Made by a program: the position numbers and the translations under genes. A stretch of DNA of 64,000 bases from Macrostomum lignano (Eukaryota), in assembly GCA_002269645.1 (NCBI GenBank), contig NIVC01000010.1, positions 930,001 to 994,000 of the forward strand, in the 5' to 3' direction. The notes beneath the pieces were generated by a model that was given only the letters and a program-made list of their open reading frames with translations, was not told the DNA's origin and made no database searches. Position 1 is the stretch's first letter. Each line of letters starts with the position of its first letter. Shown piece after piece: positions 59,759-64,000 of the stretch.

Positions 59759-59789
59759 TGTTACTGGACTGTCAGATTTCACGTCCTCT

Positions 59790-61405
59790 ACAGCCTTCAC
59801 CTCCCTTATAACTTCTGCCCCAGCACCCACCCCAACCCCCCTTATAAATTCTGCCCCAGCATCCACCCAAACCCCCCTTATAACTTCTGCCCCAGCACCC
59901 ACCCTCATCCCCACCCCCGATATAACTTCTGCCCCAGCACCCACCCCACCCTCTTATAACTTCTGCCCCAGCACCCACCCTGCCCCCACCCCCTTATAAC
60001 TTCTGCCCTAGCACCCACCCCCACCCCCAACCCCGATATAACTTCTGCCCCAGTACCCACCCAACCCCTGATATAACTTCTGCCCCAGCACCCACCCCAA
60101 CCCTCGATAAAACCTCTGCCCCAGCACCCACCCCAACCCCCGATATAACTTCTGCCCCAGCACCCACCCGAACCCCCGATATAACTTCTGCCCCAGCACC
60201 CACCCGAACCCCCGATATAACTTCTGCCCCAGTATCCACCCCAACCCCGATATAACTTCTACCCCAGCACCCACCCCACCCCCTATAACTTCTGCCCCAG
60301 TACCCACCCCACCCCCCTATAACTTCTGCCCCAGCACCCACCCCAACCCCCGATATAACTTCTGCCCCAGCACCCATCCCAACCCCCGATATAACTTCTG
60401 CCCCAGTACCCACCCCAACCCCGATGTAACTTCTGCCCCAGCACCCACCCCCACCCCTTATAACTTCTGCCCCAGCACCCACCCCACCCCCTTATAACTT
60501 CTGCCCCAGCTCCCACCCCACCCCCTTATAACTTCTGCCCCAGCACCCACCCCACCCCTTATAACTTCTACCCCAGCACCCACCCCACCCCCCTATAACT
60601 TCTGCCCCAGCACCCACCCCACCCTTTTATAACTTCTGCCCCAGCACCCACCCCGCCCCACCCCCTTAAAACTTCTGCCCTAGCACCCACCCCCACCCCC
60701 AACCCCGATATAACTTCTGCCCCAGTACCCACCCAACCCCTGATATAACTTCTGCCCCAGCACCCACCCCAACCCTCGATATAACTTCTGCCCCAGTACC
60801 CACCCCAACCCCCGATATAACTTCTGCCCCAGCACCCACCCCACCCCCTATAACTTCTGCCCCACTCCCAACCCCACCCCCTATAACTTCTGCCCCACTC
60901 CCAACCCCACCCCCCTATAACTTCTGCCCCAGCACCCACCCCCACCCCCTTATAACTTCTGCCCCAGCTCCCACCCCACCCCCTTATAACTTCTGCCCCA
61001 GCACCCACCCCACCCCCTTATAACTTCTACCCCAGCACCCACCCCACCCCCTATAACTTCTGCCCCAGCACCCACCCCACCCTTTTATAGCTTCTGCCCC
61101 AGCACCCACCCGCCCCACCCCCTTAAAACTTCTGCCCTAGCACCCACCCCCACCCCCAACCCCGATATAACTTCTGCCCCAGTACCCACCCAACCCCTGA
61201 TATAACTTCTGCCCCAGCACCCACCCCAACCCTCGATATAACTTCTGCCCCAGTACCCACCCCAACCCCGATATAACTTCTGCCCCAGCACCCACCCCAC
61301 CCCCCTATAACTTCTGCCCCACTCCCAACCCCACCCCCTATAACTTCTGCCCCACTCCCAACCCACCCCCCTATAACTTCTGCCCCAGCACCCACTCCAA
61401 CCCTT
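59790..61405. repeat. C-rich minisatellite, about 36-bp unit ataacttctgccccagcacccaccccaacccccgat
   Basis: Directly visible. The minus strand has four G-runs per unit. Confidence 0.95.
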
Positions 61406-62046
61406 CTTATTACTTTTTACAAATTGGGTGTACTTAGTTGTGCATTTAATAGCTAATAAATTTATTGTTAGTCATTGACTTTTTTTGCTGCTATTATAGG
61501 AATTTGTGTGCACTGTTTATTTACAGCAGGATTTAGCGGTTTATAAAAGAAGCTTGAATTTCCATCAATCTGTTGAATTTAAGAATTCATGTTTTACTTA
61601 AACGTTTAGCGTTTAAGGAATGATTCAATTCCTTATTACATGTAAGCCATTCGATTGGCTAATACAAAATAATGATCTTTTAACCTCCGCTTTGCTCTGT
61701 ATGCAGTCCGTCTGCAAATTTGGCTATCGGTGCCATCGTGCCACACTTGTATTTGATAGTGTGCTCTGTTCGGTAAATTAATAATGCATCTTGAGAAAAT
61801 AAAAATGTTCATATCATCCTCGAACTTTGTCGCTGAATTTTAGATTTTGTTTCATTACTCAATTTTTTCCACTTTTTGCAGTTCTTATTATATGGATCCT
61901 TGCAGTTTTTAAAGTTCATTATAATTAAGTAAAGTTCGCATCTGGCGTTAGCGGAATTTGACATTGTTACGCTTTTGAACCGTTGCAGCCTCGCTCTCAA
62001 CAGAAATCTGTGAGCAGTCGCCGCCCAGTGGGTGGTCGCATAGTAG

Positions 62047-63465
62047 CTGATAGGGGGTCCGATCTTAGTGCAACCCCTGCCCCAGCACCCACCCCCTCCG
62101 GAACCCCTGCCCCAGCACCCACCCCCTCCGCAACCCCTGCCCCAGCCCCCACCCCCTCCGCAACCCCTGCCCCAGCACCCACCCCCTCCGCAACCCCTGC
62201 CCAGCACCCACCCCCTCCGGAACCCCTGCCCCAGCACCCACCCCTCCGCAACCCCTGCCCCAGCACCCACCCCCTCCGCAACCCCTGCCCCAGCACCCAC
62301 CTCCTCCGCAACCCCTGCCGCTCCCCCATCTGGCGGAGACAGAGTCATCGCCCTAATCGACATGGACTGTTTCTACGTTCAAGTTGAGCTGCAGCATTGT
62401 CCCGAAAGCATTGGCAAGCCGGCTGTAGTTGTTCAATACACTGGCGCCGGCCTCTTAGCCGTGTCCTACGAGGCGCGTGCACTGGGCGTTCGGCGCCACA
62501 TGAGGCTGGCAGACGCGCAGCGCATCTGTCCCAGCCTGAAGGTGTTCCAAGTGCCGGAGAAGCGCGGCAAAGCCGACATCTCGCGCTACCGTCAGGCTTC
62601 GGACGCCGTCATGTCCGCGCTGAGCCAGTTGAGTACGCAGTTTCAGAAGGCTTCAATTGATGAGGCCTACGTTGACTTGACCGAACGTGTGGACGGCATG
62701 CTTGCTGAGTCCAGCGACTCCTGCTTGGACATGCTGAAGCCGGAGCGATTAAAATCTACCTGCATGGCAGTCGGAGGTCAGGAGGCGCTCTCTGATTGGC
62801 TCAATAGTGGCCTAGAAACCGCTGCCGGTATGACGCGGGAACAGCGACTTCGGTATCACGATTTGAGACTAGTAGTGGGAGCCTGTCTGGTTGAGGATGT
62901 TAGGTGAGTTGATGTGTATGTGAGCGTGTGTATGATGTGTATGTTCGCTACTTACTAACATGTTAATATTCATCACACCTTGTAGGTCCGAAGTTCGAGC
63001 CCGCCTAGGCTACAACTGCAGCGCCGGCTTGGCTGGCACAAAAACTTTAGCTAAAATTAGCGCCGGCGCTAACAAACCCGCGCGGCAAACGTTGGCGCCC
63101 TGGTCGATGGCGCCGGAATTGATGGCGCCGATGCCGCTAGACCGGGTGCCCCGGCTTGGCGGCAAATTGGGCCGAGCAATCAGCGCCCTGCTCGGCGGCA
63201 ATGCCACCGTGGCCGACGTGCTTGCCGCGTCCGAGGCCTCCGTCCTGTCCGCCGAACTCGACTCGGCCAGTGTCCGGTACGCCAGGGAGCTGTGCCGCGG
63301 TATTGACGGCGGCGAGGCTGTTGTGCCTCGATTGGCGCAGACTTCGCTGGGCTGTTCGAAAAATTTCTACGAACCGATTCGCGATTCGGCTACGCTACGG
63401 CGATGGCTGGGCGAACTGGGCGACGAGCTGTTTGAACGGCTGACGCAGGACCGGGTGGAGCATCG
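62047..63465 (+). CDS. POLH: DNA polymerase eta (Y family); 5' start unresolved, 3' part beyond the window
   Basis: DRVIALIDMDCFYVQVE, VVQY, AVSYEAR..GV.R.M, GKADISRYR.AS and ASIDEAY. Intron 62904-62985 has a TACTAAC branch site. Next exon has CSAG.A..K.LAK...G.NKP.RQT and LGGKLG, ending at donor CG|GTTAGT (63465). Confidence 0.92.
62071..62318. repeat. 30-bp repeat caacccctgccccagcacccaccccctccg, about 8 copies (two are 29 bp), at the 5' end of the POLH reading frame
   Basis: Units start at 62071, 62101, 62131, 62161, 62191 (29 bp), 62220 (29 bp), 62249 and 62279. Confidence 0.95.
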
Positions 63466-63519
63466 GTTAGTGCGCTGGGTGCTTTTGTGTGCCTTGTCTT
63501 ATTAGCTAGTTACTCATCT

Positions 63520-63975
63520 GTATACCTGTCTGCTTATCTATCTACCTGTCTGCTTATCTACATACCTGCCTACTTATCTACCTACTTGCGTACTTTTCTA
63601 CCTACCTGCCTACTTATCTACCATCCTGCCTACTTATCTACCTACCTGCCTACTTATCTATCTACCTGTCTGCTTATCTACATACCTGCCTACTTATCTA
63701 CCTACTTGCGTACTTGTCTACCTACCTGCCTACTTTTCTACCATCCTGCCTACTTATCTACCTTGCTGCCTACTTATCTACCGTCCTGCCTACTTATCTA
63801 TCTACCTGTCTACTTATCTACCTTCCTGCCTACTTATCTACCTTCCTGCCTACTTATCTACCTTCCTGCCTATTTATCTACCTTCCTGCTTACTTATCTG
63901 CCTTCCTGTCTACTTTTCTACCTTCCTGCCTACTTATCTTCCTATCTGCCTACCTTCTCTACCTTATCTACCTAC
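63520..63975. repeat. Intronic minisatellite, 20-bp unit ctacttatctacctacctgc
   Basis: Period 20, visible in the POLH intron. Confidence 0.92.
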
Positions 63976-64000
63976 CTTATGTACTCGTCTACCTGCATTA

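Noticed and set aside
59723-61395. Gly/Trp-rich minus-strand ORFs (GAGAEVI repeats)
   Set aside because: Translations of the 36-bp array with frequent frame changes.
61809-61964. Minus-strand peptide MSNSANARCELY...CKKWKK upstream of POLH
   Set aside because: Short, no recognisable family or splice context; could be chance.

Overview
Eukaryotic (animal) genomic DNA, not prokaryotic: spliced GT-AG/GC-AG genes, poly-Gln ORFs, nested transposons and many minisatellites. The style (GC-rich exons, repeat-stuffed introns, unpaired acceptors near start codons) suggests a free-living flatworm such as Macrostomum, but that is inference only. Host genes: a DxD (GT32-like) glycosyltransferase (-) with a 13.8-kb intron, RNASEH2A (+), a C-type lectin/PAN protein (+), a DAZAP1/Hrb27C-like two-RRM protein (-), and a co-oriented cluster SH3BP5, TMEM201, POLH (+; POLH runs off the right edge). 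Mobile elements, most delimited by termini and target-site duplications read by eye: an apparently complete 9.1-kb CACTA/EnSpm element (transposase plus DUF4806-type gene, TSD AAT) inside a Crypton-type tyrosine-recombinase remnant, two hAT-type non-autonomous elements, a Gypsy remnant > MULE-type element > CACTA-N nest, a LINE RT remnant, solo LTRs and a truncated PHD-FLYWCH MULE transposase. Best leads: POLH has no in-frame ATG upstream of its first catalytic Asp, which flatworm spliced-leader AUG donation could explain; the operon-like cluster; two LTRs sharing sequence only up to the predicted transcription start; and local re-seeding of minisatellite families. No CRISPR array, rRNA or intact tRNA was found. 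Family names come from motif recognition, not database searches, and copy numbers are approximate.
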